Shown: in pieces, positions 1 to 9,000 of the stretch
Numbering within the stretch: the stretch's first letter is position 1
Layout of the letters: every line of letters begins with the position of its first letter
NCBI GenBank assembly: GCA_030668875.1
Contig: DAOVER010000026.1
Coordinates: forward strand, 1-32,000
Length of the DNA: 32,000 nucleotides
From: Candidatus Heimdallarchaeota archaeon
Lineage (GTDB): Archaea; Asgardarchaeota; Heimdallarchaeia; Heimdallarchaeales; Heimdallarchaeaceae
Direction: 5' to 3'
Notes under the pieces: model-generated
The model's database searches: none
Seen by the model: only the letters and a program-made list of their open reading frames with translations
Told to the model about the DNA's origin: nothing
Position numbers and translations under genes: made by a program

Positions 1-1
1 A

Positions 2-352
2 ACCACCCAGATGTTCGTCACCATCCCCTTCCTGAAAATCATTGAGATCCTAAAGTACAAAGGAGCAGAACAAGGGATAAAGGTGGAGACCATTCCTGAA
101 CAATACACCTCCAAGAGCAGTTTCCTGGATAATGAATTCCCTAAAAAACGAAGAAATTACAAAGGGAGAAGAATCCACCGAGGGTTGTTCCGTTCTGCTG
201 CTGGTCGCTTGATCAATGCTGATGTTAATGCCGCATATAATATTCTGATAAAAAGCGATCCGAAAGCACTGCCTAAACGTAGTGTGAACGGGGTAGGAGG
301 ATACGTGATGTATCCACTAAGAGTGAGTATAGAATATCTTCGTTCTACATGA
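2..352 (+). CDS. tnpB: TnpB RNA-guided endonuclease, C-terminal part (5'-truncated by the window edge), zinc-finger-less type
   Basis: The frame is open from position 2 (TTQMFVTIPF...). Motifs: IPFxxxxxxLKYK; PEQYTSKSSFLD; GRRIHRGLFRS; RuvC-III INADVNAAYNIL; C-terminal GxxGxxxxPxRV. No Cys in the zinc-ribbon region. Confidence 0.9.
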   Translation, partial: TTQMFVTIPFLKIIEILKYKGAEQGIKVETIPEQYTSKSSFLDNEFPKKRRNYKGRRIHRGLFRSAAGRLINADVNAAYNILIKSDPKALPKRSVNGVGGYVMYPLRVSIEYLRST

Positions 353-386
353 TGACCTCTAAGCACGACATGTACCTAGCTTTGTC

Positions 387-404
387 CAAGAAGACAAGAA
401 GACA
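387..404. repeat. Short tandem repeat (CAAGAAGA)x2 + CA
   Basis: CAAGAAGA at 387-394 and 395-402, inside the putative hairpin loop/stem. Confidence 0.6.
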
Positions 405-422
405 AATAGACATCATGGGTTG

Positions 423-435
423 AGAAAAATAAAAG
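423..435 (-). terminator. Possible oligo-T terminator of the tubulin-like gene
   Basis: Minus strand reads CTTTTATTTTTCT about 25 nt after the stop codon at 461-463. Confidence 0.3.
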
Positions 436-460
436 GGTTGTGAACCAGAGATTTTTTGAT

Positions 461-1600
461 TCAATCTGATAATCTTATGAAAGTTTTTCTCAATTTTTCT
501 TCTTTTTCAATAATCTCCTTTCTACTATCTCTACCTTTTTCGAGAACTTCCCAGAATCTGTCTACATAGTCTGGATGAATACCTGTCAAAACACCCCTAA
601 TGGTGAGATAGGGTTCATCAATCGTGTTTAAAGCTATCCTAACGTCTCCTCTTTCAAAATTCTTGACTATCTTTCTGGTTTCGAAAGTAGATTGGAATGT
701 TGTAGGTGTTGTTATTGTAAGATATCCTTTTTTGGCTCTAGTTACATCTGCTGTTAAGCTAGAATTCTCATCTAGTTCATTGAAGAATAAATCTGAAAAT
801 CTTACATTTTGAGCTTGTTCAAGAGTATCAAATTCCTTATCCAAAGAGACTATAACTCCTAATCCATTTGCTTCTTTGGTGAATGATAAAAAGAAATCAT
901 TCAGACCTGCATTATACTCTTCATGATCAGTTTCTTGTAAAGCTGCAAGAATGGTTGTAGTCATAGTTATTGCTAACAACTCATTACTTTTTTCTAAAGC
1001 AACTGATGCTTCCTCTTTTTCAAAAAATGATAAAAGTTTCTCATTATCGAATAGTAATATAGGACTTTTAGGACCCTTAAAATCAAATCCTAGGAAATGG
1101 AGAGCTTTTGCAGCATTGTATTGAACTAAGGAAGGTTCACCTCTTTCCGGAACGATAAAAATGTTTGTTGGAGGGTCTCCTGTTATGTCAGCTAGAATCT
1201 TACTGGCTAACATTGATCCAGCACTACCTGTTCCTCCACCACTACCTACAATAAGATGTAGTGCTAGATTATCTTCGTTTCTACGATCGTCTCTTTTGTA
1301 AAAAACTACTTTCTCAAGCTTACCTCTAAATTCCATTTCTCTGGATTTGAGTTCTTTATAAACTGAACTTAAGTCGCTATTTGAAGAAGTTTTATTTTTA
1401 TCAAACCACCAATGCTCTTCATAATTCTTCATTTTTATTTGAAAATTGTCTGATTGATTAATTGCTAGAGATTTTACTGTGAGTCTACTCTCCTTCAAGT
1501 GATGAATAATTCTATCTCCAATTCTACAACCAGCATTTCCTATGCCAATAACAGCAATAGAAATTTTCTTTTTGAATAGCTTTCGTTTTAACCAAGACAT
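461..1600 (-). CDS. Tubulin/FtsZ-superfamily GTPase (CetZ/tubulin-like, not canonical FtsZ)
   Basis: T1 VIGIGNAGCRIGD; T4 GSGGGTGSAG (aa 119-128); T5 IVPERGEP..YNAAKAL; T6 LFDNEKL; T7 YNAGLNDF; C-terminal domain ending IRGVLTGI. N-terminus MSWLKRKLFKKK. Confidence 0.88.
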   Translation of the reverse strand: MSWLKRKLFKKKISIAVIGIGNAGCRIGDRIIHHLKESRLTVKSLAINQSDNFQIKMKNYEEHWWFDKNKTSSNSDLSSVYKELKSREMEFRGKLEKVVFYKRDDRRNEDNLALHLIVGSGGGTGSAGSMLASKILADITGDPPTNIFIVPERGEPSLVQYNAAKALHFLGFDFKGPKSPILLFDNEKLLSFFEKEEASVALEKSNELLAITMTTTILAALQETDHEEYNAGLNDFFLSFTKEANGLGVIVSLDKEFDTLEQAQNVRFSDLFFNELDENSSLTADVTRAKKGYLTITTPTTFQSTFETRKIVKNFERGDVRIALNTIDEPYLTIRGVLTGIHPDYVDRFWEVLEKGRDSRKEIIEKEEKLRKTFIRLSD

Positions 1601-2973
1601 TATGATCCATCTCCTGCAACTGCGGTAAAGATTCTTCTCATATTGAGTACCCAGATAATTATTGCCATAGAACTTTTTAGTAATTTACCAGTTGAAATTG
1701 GTACAGTTCTCATATTTGAAATATAGTTTCTTAACTGGAACATAGTTACATTTTCTTGTTTTGCATTATCAGCGTATTTTAGCTCAAATTCGACAACATT
1801 TGCAAATATATAATTGTCTAATTCGATTAAAGCTTTCATCTTAAATTTTACCATCTTAACTCTGAAACTATTCAGGGGAAGATATACTATCAAGAACATA
1901 ATAGCTGCAAGTAGAACAGATATAATAACAACCATAACGGTCCAAGGTTTATCTGCACCTATACCAGTAAAATCAACTAATATTGGAAACCCTAATCGAG
2001 GCATCTCACTAGCAAAACCATAGATAAGTAGATTAATTGTTCCCATTGCCATCGCTATCGTAGTAATAAGTGCAGAAAGTAAACCTGCAACAGGAATATT
2101 TTCTAATTGGCTTATAGATCTGCCAGGAGTATCTCCCAGAGCCCAGATTATGTCATAATTTTCTCTATTTAGAAGGGTTCCGTATTCATCAAGGTAAATC
2201 ACCAATCTTTCTTTTATCGTTTTTAGAACTTTAGAGTAGATTTTTGTATTGAGTATGAGATAATAGGTTGCAAGATAAAAAATATAGAACATCAATGGAC
2301 TAACTATACATGAGATAATCCCAAATGCTGAAGCAATAGAGGGGTTTGTTCCTGTAGTTTGAGGAATGGTTATTAATAGAATCGGCAGGTTAAGACCTAT
2401 TCCTGATAGAAGAGATAAAATAATCATAATTGGATTCTTTGGTAAATACCTATCATAGTATTTTGCATAATACTCCCGTACTGGTTTTTCTATCCATTCT
2501 ACACGCTTTTCTAGTGTTAAACCTAAATATCCATCGTGTGTGTATTTTAGATAGAATAAGGAAAATAGTACTCCTCCTATTAGCGGTATGAGCACAGAAA
2601 CTGTTAAATCTATCATTATTTTGCTCAGATCAAGTGGGGCTGCAAGCTCTTGGAATGGTACAATAACCATTATAATTGTTGGTATAAATAGCAGTACAAC
2701 GTAAAACCACAGTTTAATGTAATTCCACCACTTCAAAGCTAAAATGGAATTAAGCTTAACTTTGAAGAACGCAATTGGAACTAAGTAGAAATAGAGAAAA
2801 GGATTTTCTAGTGCTTTCAAATAGAGTGGGTTCTCTATCATTGCTGCTGTTCTTGGATACTTCTTATAGTGCTTTATAATTAAATCTTCGAACTCAAAAG
2901 AAGGTACCTCAATATCGTTTGGTTTTATCATTTTTGCTTTTATTGAAGTTGATTTAGAAGAACTAGTTTCCAT
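1600..2973 (-). CDS. Polytopic membrane protein of unknown function (about 7-8 hydrophobic segments)
   Basis: 457-aa ORF with multiple long hydrophobic stretches. Its TAA stop overlaps the ATG of the tubulin-like gene at 1600 (TAATG). Confidence 0.8.
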   Translation of the reverse strand: METSSSKSTSIKAKMIKPNDIEVPSFEFEDLIIKHYKKYPRTAAMIENPLYLKALENPFLYFYLVPIAFFKVKLNSILALKWWNYIKLWFYVVLLFIPTIIMVIVPFQELAAPLDLSKIMIDLTVSVLIPLIGGVLFSLFYLKYTHDGYLGLTLEKRVEWIEKPVREYYAKYYDRYLPKNPIMIILSLLSGIGLNLPILLITIPQTTGTNPSIASAFGIISCIVSPLMFYIFYLATYYLILNTKIYSKVLKTIKERLVIYLDEYGTLLNRENYDIIWALGDTPGRSISQLENIPVAGLLSALITTIAMAMGTINLLIYGFASEMPRLGFPILVDFTGIGADKPWTVMVVIISVLLAAIMFLIVYLPLNSFRVKMVKFKMKALIELDNYIFANVVEFELKYADNAKQENVTMFQLRNYISNMRTVPISTGKLLKSSMAIIIWVLNMRRIFTAVAGDGS

Positions 2974-3056
2974 GGCATTTTCATATACCGTTCGCTTGCT
3001 TTTAACAATTTCGCATTGTTACAAAACAAATTTATGTGAATACAGACTTATTAAAC

Positions 3057-4475
3057 ATGATTCAGTTGAAACTTTCAAAAATAGTCTGTACGATAGGGCC
3101 TTCTTCTAGTGATGAATCAACTCTCAAAGAGATGATTAACGCTGGTATGGATGTAGCTCGGTTGAACTTTTCTCATGGGACTCACCAATCACACGAGGAA
3201 GTGTTCAAGAAAATAAGGAATATCGATTCTCAAATCGCTATAGCATTTGATATAAGCGGCCCAAAAATAAGACTGGGAAAACTAGAAGAGAAATATCTTC
3301 TAGAAAAAGATCAGCAAGTTATACTGACTACAGATGATGTAGTTGGAACTAAAGATTTACTTCCAGTTAACTATCCTTCCTTGATAAAAGAAATTGAACA
3401 AGGATCTTATGTTTATATAAATGATGGTTTTGTGAAACTCAAAGTTATACAGAAAGAGAACAACAATCTAGTTTGTCAAGTCATTGATGGTGGTTATATA
3501 TCCTCTAGAAAAGGTGTTAATGTTCCTGATGCTAATCTTTCGATGAGGGTTCCTACAGAGAAAGATATAGTTGATATCAAAAAAGCATGCGAACTGGGTG
3601 CAGATTATCTGTTTATATCCTTTGTAAGAAGCTCTAATGATCTTGCAAAGGTAAGAAAAATTATTAACAAATGTTCTGATAAAACTATTGGATTAGTTTC
3701 AAAGATTGAGCACAAGGATGCAATAGAAAACATCAACGAAATAATTGCTGCAAGCGATGGTATAATGGTTGCAAGAGGTGATCTGGGAGTTGAAGTAGGC
3801 GCAGCTAAAGTTCCTGTCCTTCAGAAAAAAATAATCAGACTTGCTGTGAATATGGCTAAACCTGTAATTGTTGCTACACAGATGCTAGAATCTATGACTA
3901 AGGAGCCACTACCCACACGTGCTGAAGCGAGTGATGTGGCTCATGCTGTTTTTGACGGAGCTGATGCATTAATGTTATCTGGAGAAACAGCTACTGGGAG
4001 ACATCCTGTTACTGTTGTTAGAACTATGACAGAGATAATTCAAGAGACGGAAAATAATCTCTCCTTTTACACTTCTTTTGTTTCAGAATCGAACCTTCCT
4101 AAAGGAGGAGAAATAGGTCAAGCAGCTGTTAAACTTGGTCAAAAATTAGCTGTTGATGCCTTAGTGGCTATTACCCAGACAGGATACTCAGCAAGGATGA
4201 TATCAAGAAATAGAGTGCCTTTGCCTATTTATGCTGTTACTCCCGATGAATCAACGATGAGAAAGACCAATCTACTATGGGCGGTAAAATCTCTCTATCA
4301 TCCTCATAATGGTGATTTTAATCAGATTATATCCAGCACTATCAAGAAACTCCACTCAGAAAAAAACCTCCAACTCAATAGTGACGTTATAGTTGTTGCT
4401 GGGTCAGTTGTCGGACTTCCAGGAAGAATTAATACAATCCAAGTTCTAAATGTTAAAGAAACAATTGGGAGCTAG
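3057..4475 (+). CDS. pyk: Pyruvate kinase
   Basis: KIVCTIGP, ARLNFSHG, DISGPKIR, SKIE, GIMVARGDLGVE, VATQMLESM, PTRAEASDV, MLSGETATG. ATG at 3057 preferred; an in-frame GTG at 3036 is the alternative start. Confidence 0.98.
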   Translation: MIQLKLSKIVCTIGPSSSDESTLKEMINAGMDVARLNFSHGTHQSHEEVFKKIRNIDSQIAIAFDISGPKIRLGKLEEKYLLEKDQQVILTTDDVVGTKDLLPVNYPSLIKEIEQGSYVYINDGFVKLKVIQKENNNLVCQVIDGGYISSRKGVNVPDANLSMRVPTEKDIVDIKKACELGADYLFISFVRSSNDLAKVRKIINKCSDKTIGLVSKIEHKDAIENINEIIAASDGIMVARGDLGVEVGAAKVPVLQKKIIRLAVNMAKPVIVATQMLESMTKEPLPTRAEASDVAHAVFDGADALMLSGETATGRHPVTVVRTMTEIIQETENNLSFYTSFVSESNLPKGGEIGQAAVKLGQKLAVDALVAITQTGYSARMISRNRVPLPIYAVTPDESTMRKTNLLWAVKSLYHPHNGDFNQIISSTIKKLHSEKNLQLNSDVIVVAGSVVGLPGRINTIQVLNVKETIGS

Positions 4476-4556
4476 AGTGATTCTCCTCAACTATTCATTT
4501 TCAATTAAGTAGAAAACTCTTAAAAGGAAGGAAAAATATCAATATTTGAAGTAGAG

Positions 4557-5870
4557 ATGTCAAAGATAGGTTCGTTATTTAGAAAGAAAAAGCGAAAAGG
4601 AAAGGAAGAACAACCAAGTCTTTTCAACGGATTATATTCCTTTAATAATCAAAATATAGTTATGAACAGTCAAACCTCTGAAGAAATCTTACATGGGAGT
4701 TCAATATCTGATACTTTATTCTTAGAAACCGATACAAAATATTCTTCATCTGGTTTTATATTTGTTGGAAATAAAGAGATAAACCTCCTATCTCAAATGA
4801 AGTCACGTCTAGGAGAGAATTTTCCCCCATCTCTGATTTTTTCAGCTTTAGAAAAATATGAGAGTATAAATGAAAAACTTCCTTTTATTGAAATACCCGA
4901 TAAAAATCTCGAAGATCAAACATTTTCCCAAGGTAACCAATGGTATCTAACTAACAAAGACAGAATCGAAGATCGATTATCACGTTTAATCAGAGATGTT
5001 TCTATAGTATTTATTTTCGTTGAAAATAACGCGTTCTTGCTAGGGCTGATGCAACCTCTTCTCAAATTCTTTGAAAATACAAAAACTCAACCAGTACTTG
5101 TTCTTAACCTACCAGTTGATGAAGCTCCTATAAATAATACAGTAAGTATTTTAGTATTTATTCATCATCTCATGAAGAAGGAAGAAGCATTGAACATACC
5201 TTTCATCCTTCTAGAAGGAAATTTACTGCTAAAAGCAAATCCACATCTGAATTTAAGCGAGTTATCTTCAAAGTTTACTGACAGAGTTGCCAACATCTTC
5301 TGCGATATTATACTTGGAGCATTAACCTCATCAACTTTTTATCAAACAGATTTTAGTAATTTTGTTAGAATATTTGAGAACGCTAGAGGTCCATGTAAAT
5401 TAGTTTCACTAGATATATATGATAATAAACCGAACATATCAAGTCTAATAGGTCAAAAACATCTTTATGATTCAAGTTTTTCAGTGAAGAATAATGCAAC
5501 TAGAGGCTTTCTAGTAATTCAACCAGGTAAGAATGGTCTCAACACTAAAACATATAAAAACTTGAGAGACATTTACGCGAATCTTGATGTGAATATATCC
5601 ATACTTGAAAAGCGTCTTACTGGAGCAATTATAAGAGGAATTTTCACTTTTAATGAATTACCAAAATCTTTACTGAATAGATATGAAGAACTCTCTGAAC
5701 TCTATATTGAAATTCTAGATGATCAAAATAATATTAGTGAATATTTTGACTTAGCAAATCTTGAAGATTTATGGAACAAACAACGATACAGAATCAATAT
5801 TAGAGTAAAAGAAGAAAAAATAAAAGAAGAAAAAATAGAAGAAGAAAAAATAGAAGAAGAAGAAGTGTAA
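4557..5870 (+). CDS. Highly divergent tubulin/FtsZ-fold paralogue lacking the GGGTGS motif (probable pseudo-GTPase), with acidic C-terminal tail
   Basis: Colinear by-eye similarity to 461..1600: IILGAL/TILAAL, YQTDFSNF/YNAGLNDF, KLVSLD/VIVSLD, ATRGFLVI/AKKGYLTI, LDVNISI/GDVRIAL, IIRGIFT/TIRGVLT. T1 reads FVGNKEINL and the T4 position reads FVENNAFLLG. Confidence 0.7.
   Translation: MSKIGSLFRKKKRKGKEEQPSLFNGLYSFNNQNIVMNSQTSEEILHGSSISDTLFLETDTKYSSSGFIFVGNKEINLLSQMKSRLGENFPPSLIFSALEKYESINEKLPFIEIPDKNLEDQTFSQGNQWYLTNKDRIEDRLSRLIRDVSIVFIFVENNAFLLGLMQPLLKFFENTKTQPVLVLNLPVDEAPINNTVSILVFIHHLMKKEEALNIPFILLEGNLLLKANPHLNLSELSSKFTDRVANIFCDIILGALTSSTFYQTDFSNFVRIFENARGPCKLVSLDIYDNKPNISSLIGQKHLYDSSFSVKNNATRGFLVIQPGKNGLNTKTYKNLRDIYANLDVNISILEKRLTGAIIRGIFTFNELPKSLLNRYEELSELYIEILDDQNNISEYFDLANLEDLWNKQRYRINIRVKEEKIKEEKIEEEKIEEEEV
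5808..5867 (+). repeat. 15-bp tandem repeat x4 encoding KEEKI-KEEKI-EEEKI-EEEEV
   Basis: AAAGAAGAAAAAATA x2 (5808-5837), GAAGAAGAAAAAATA (5838-5852), GAAGAAGAAGAAGTG (5853-5867). Confidence 0.9.
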
Positions 5871-6039
5871 ACTTATTCTTGTTAGTTATACATTTTTTGC
5901 CATGTTTTAAATATCCATATTCACGTCTTAGCCTTCCTTTTTGGCAAATTCTTGGCATATGTAAAGCGAAAAGTATATAATAGCTCAAAAATGCCTTTTA
6001 CCAAATTAAGTCTCGCTGGTGAATGTTTCAGTCATTACC

Positions 6040-6047
6040 TTTAAATA
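6040..6047 (+). promoter_or_regulatory. Candidate archaeal TATA box TTTAAATA upstream of the CD36-like gene
   Basis: Matches the TTTAWATA consensus 48 nt upstream of ATG 6096; SD-like GAGGA at 6084-6088. Specificity is low in AT-rich DNA. Confidence 0.35.
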
Positions 6048-6095
6048 TCTATTAGCGAGACGAAACGATAAATAATTATTAATGAGGATAATAGA

Positions 6096-9000
6096 ATGAA
6101 AGGTAAATTCCGTACTATTATAGGTGCTTTGATTTTAACAATTACTGTAAGCTCATCAGTATCAATGGGTGTTTTGCTCCCTCTTCACTCCTCGAATCTA
6201 ATTACCCAAATTTATGTTGATATGAACAGTAATGCTTGTTTGACAGATAGTGATTTCTTGCCAAATGACGGGGTTGGTAATTTCTCTGAATGGATGTATA
6301 CAGGCTTAGAGACAAATGATTCAAATTTTGTTGATCAAGCAATTTTTGAATTCTTCAATGTTACAGATAGAGAGGGCTATCTCGACTATAATACGCCCAT
6401 ATCGTACTTCTTTGTACAAGGTGAACTAGCTTTTGACATTATTATTAACAAAACAGTTCTAGAGTACAATGTAGAAGATGATTATGTAGTTTATGCTTAT
6501 AGAAAACAATTTCTCTTCAATGAAGAAGACTCAACCTTAACTGGTGATGAGACCGTTTTGAATTTCAATTATCTTTGGCCATATTATATTGAATATTTTG
6601 GAAATGGCACAGAGTATGGTTTTCAAAGCTTTATTGCCTCAAGACTACTTCAAGAAGAATTACTAGGCTTTAATGCATCATTAGGTTATACTTTTAATGA
6701 ATTAGCTTATGCTGTTATGAACAGGACCTACGCTGAAGAAGAAGGCATACTTAATCTTGGCGTTTATTTGCCCCACAATTGGTTAAGTGTAAGACCTGCT
6801 TTTCCAGATCTTAACCTTGATAGCGCAACAAGTTACAAAATACTATATGATGCTACATACAATGGTCATGATTATTCTTTCCTAACAGGAGAAGCTGGTT
6901 CAGCTAAATACTTCCTTGACCTAGTAAGGGGTCTTGAATTTGAAGGACAATATGATTTAATTGTTGATGTTGAACAACTTCTAGCAGATATTTACGGAAT
7001 TGATACTCCACAAGAGCAAGAATACGCAAAATCCTTTGCAGCTTATATGAATTATTTACTTGGAAAGCCTTCACTTGATTGGCTTTATGAAAACAAAATA
7101 TCATATGCTTGTGAGCGAACTGCTATGGAATGGGTGTTAGGTATTGAAGATCCTCTTATGGGTGGAAAAAGATTCCCCTTAGTTTACAACCAAACCTTAT
7201 CAAGTTCAAGCATTGATTGGGATTTAGATATGTATTATGCTGAACAACTTGGGACAAATGATGTAGCTGATGTTGGTAAAATCATAGCAATCGCAAATAT
7301 TCCAGGATATTATTATGCTCAGTCTATGGAACTCTTCGTAGAAGATAACTTTGCATATGTAATAGAAGGTGGGACAGATATTAAAATTGTAAATATGACT
7401 GATCCCTTATTCAAAGCAATCGGTCAATTCGGAGACTTCATTATTGACGATGTTGAACCCAATCCTACTTATGATCCAATTGGTGTAGATGGTTATATTT
7501 CAAATCTTGTTGCAGTTGATTCATTTATTTATGCGGTTGAAGGTGAAGCTGGTTTAGAAATACTCAATGCAACTGATCCAAGTGCTATCTACGAACTTCA
7601 GCAATGGACTAATTTTGGAAATGCTGATATGCGCGATATTGATCACGCAGTTTTCGGGACATCTGTTCCATATGATGCTCTTATAATAGCAAATGGGCAA
7701 TATGGTCTAACCTTTGCAAGATTGCAAACTGATGACAAAATAGTAAGTACAACAATTGTTAATTTTGCAGGATTAAATGGTGATGCAACTTCAGTAGATG
7801 AATACAATGATTATGCTTTTGTAGGTTTAGGAACTGACGGAATTGATGTAGTTAGTATAGATGGTCTCGATGGTTCAATGGCACTTGAACATCACTATGA
7901 TTCAACCGATTTCGCTACCTTTAACAATATTCTAGATGTTAAAGCAGAAAATGGATTTCTATACGTTCTTGATGAAGTTGAGGGATTGTTAATATTTGAT
8001 ATAGAATTTGATGGTGCTTTAACTGAACAAGGTCAATTCGCATTCGGACCTACTGAAACTCCATACATTGATGTTCATATTGAAGGAACAAATGCTTATC
8101 TTACACAAGGAGATTATGGTCTTGTTGTAGTAGATATCTCTAACAAACTCAGTCCTTCTGAAACAGCTAGGTTTGACGGTGCTGAACACAAAGGTATCGC
8201 TTATGGTGTCTATGTTGATGGAAATGATGTTTATCTTTCAGATTATTCTCAAGGATTAGTTCATCTCAATTATGTTTCTAATACTTTCTCAATTGTTAAT
8301 AAAGATCAGTTACACACTTTCGTTGAAGCTTGGCAAAGTGAGAACAATATTCAATTGAATAATTGGGTTCTAAGTGATCCTGAATTCAAAGCTAATGAAA
8401 CATATGATTCATTTGGATTATACACATTTGTTGAAAGGGGTTACAGACAACAATGGACAGAGTATTTCCTTAGACCTTACATCTTCTCCTCATTAACAGA
8501 TACTGCTCTGTTTGTTGATAAAACCGTGTTGGTTTATACAGCTCAAGCTCAGATACCTTATCTCCAAAACGACGAAAACTCCCTATACTGGATGCATGCA
8601 GCCAACTTCATTAATGAAAGTTTCCAACATGCAGGAAGATGGAGTCTTCTTCATGGAGAAGAATTTTTAGCAACTGATTTTGCTATTACTCATTCCTTCC
8701 CTGGTTCGTTAAGAGATGAGTTCCACATGCAATTCATGTTAGTAGAACCTATCACAGGATCTATAATTGAACGCAAAGATAGAGTACAATATAACACAGA
8801 AGCCGTAGATTACAAGGAAACATATGATCTCCTCAATAAGACAACATTTGGATACGAGTGGGAAGTCTTAACGGTAAGCATTTACAATAATTTGCCTGTT
8901 GATCATATTTATAAGACATGGCATGTTACATATCCAGCTTTGCCTGGAGACATGGCAACACTCTTCTGGCATGAAGATATCTATAAAGCTACAAATAATT

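Larger units (their letters stand above)
1..420 (+). mobile_element. Right part of an IS200/IS605- or IS607-family element; exact right end uncertain (about 417-420)
   Basis: Contains the tnpB 3' end. A rough count gives ~43% GC in the first 60 nt, above the AT-rich surroundings. Inverted repeats lie downstream of the stop. tnpA is not in the window. Confidence 0.55.
300..440 (+). ncRNA. Putative TnpB omega-RNA (right-end RNA) scaffold plus flanking guide
   Basis: TnpB omega-RNAs are known to overlap the tnpB 3' end and the element right end. Nested inverted repeats are visible: CATGATG 348-354 / CATCATG 411-417 and TTTGTC 381-386 / GACAAA 401-406. Boundaries are inferred. Confidence 0.3.

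Noticed and set aside
456-464. TTGATTCAA as ISDra2-like TAM (TTGAT) and right-end (TTCAA) motifs
   Set aside because: It overlaps the stop codon of the tubulin-like gene and lies beyond that gene's likely terminator. A short AT-rich palindrome is expected by chance.
461-1600. Calling this gene ftsZ or a true tubulin
   Set aside because: It lacks FtsZ GGGGxN, GAGA and NxDFAD, and lacks tubulin GAGNNWAKG. The PROSITE-style GGGTGSG reads GGGTGSA. Only superfamily membership is supported.
5800-5988. 62-aa minus-strand ORF ending in poly-L/F
   Set aside because: The hydrophobic run is only the antisense reading of the GAA/AAA tandem repeat; no other coding evidence.
6010-6061. Known riboswitch or SECIS element
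   Set aside because: I could not match the conserved cores of TPP, FMN, fluoride or SECIS elements, and there is no in-frame UGA in the neighbouring genes. Kept only as an unassigned hairpin.
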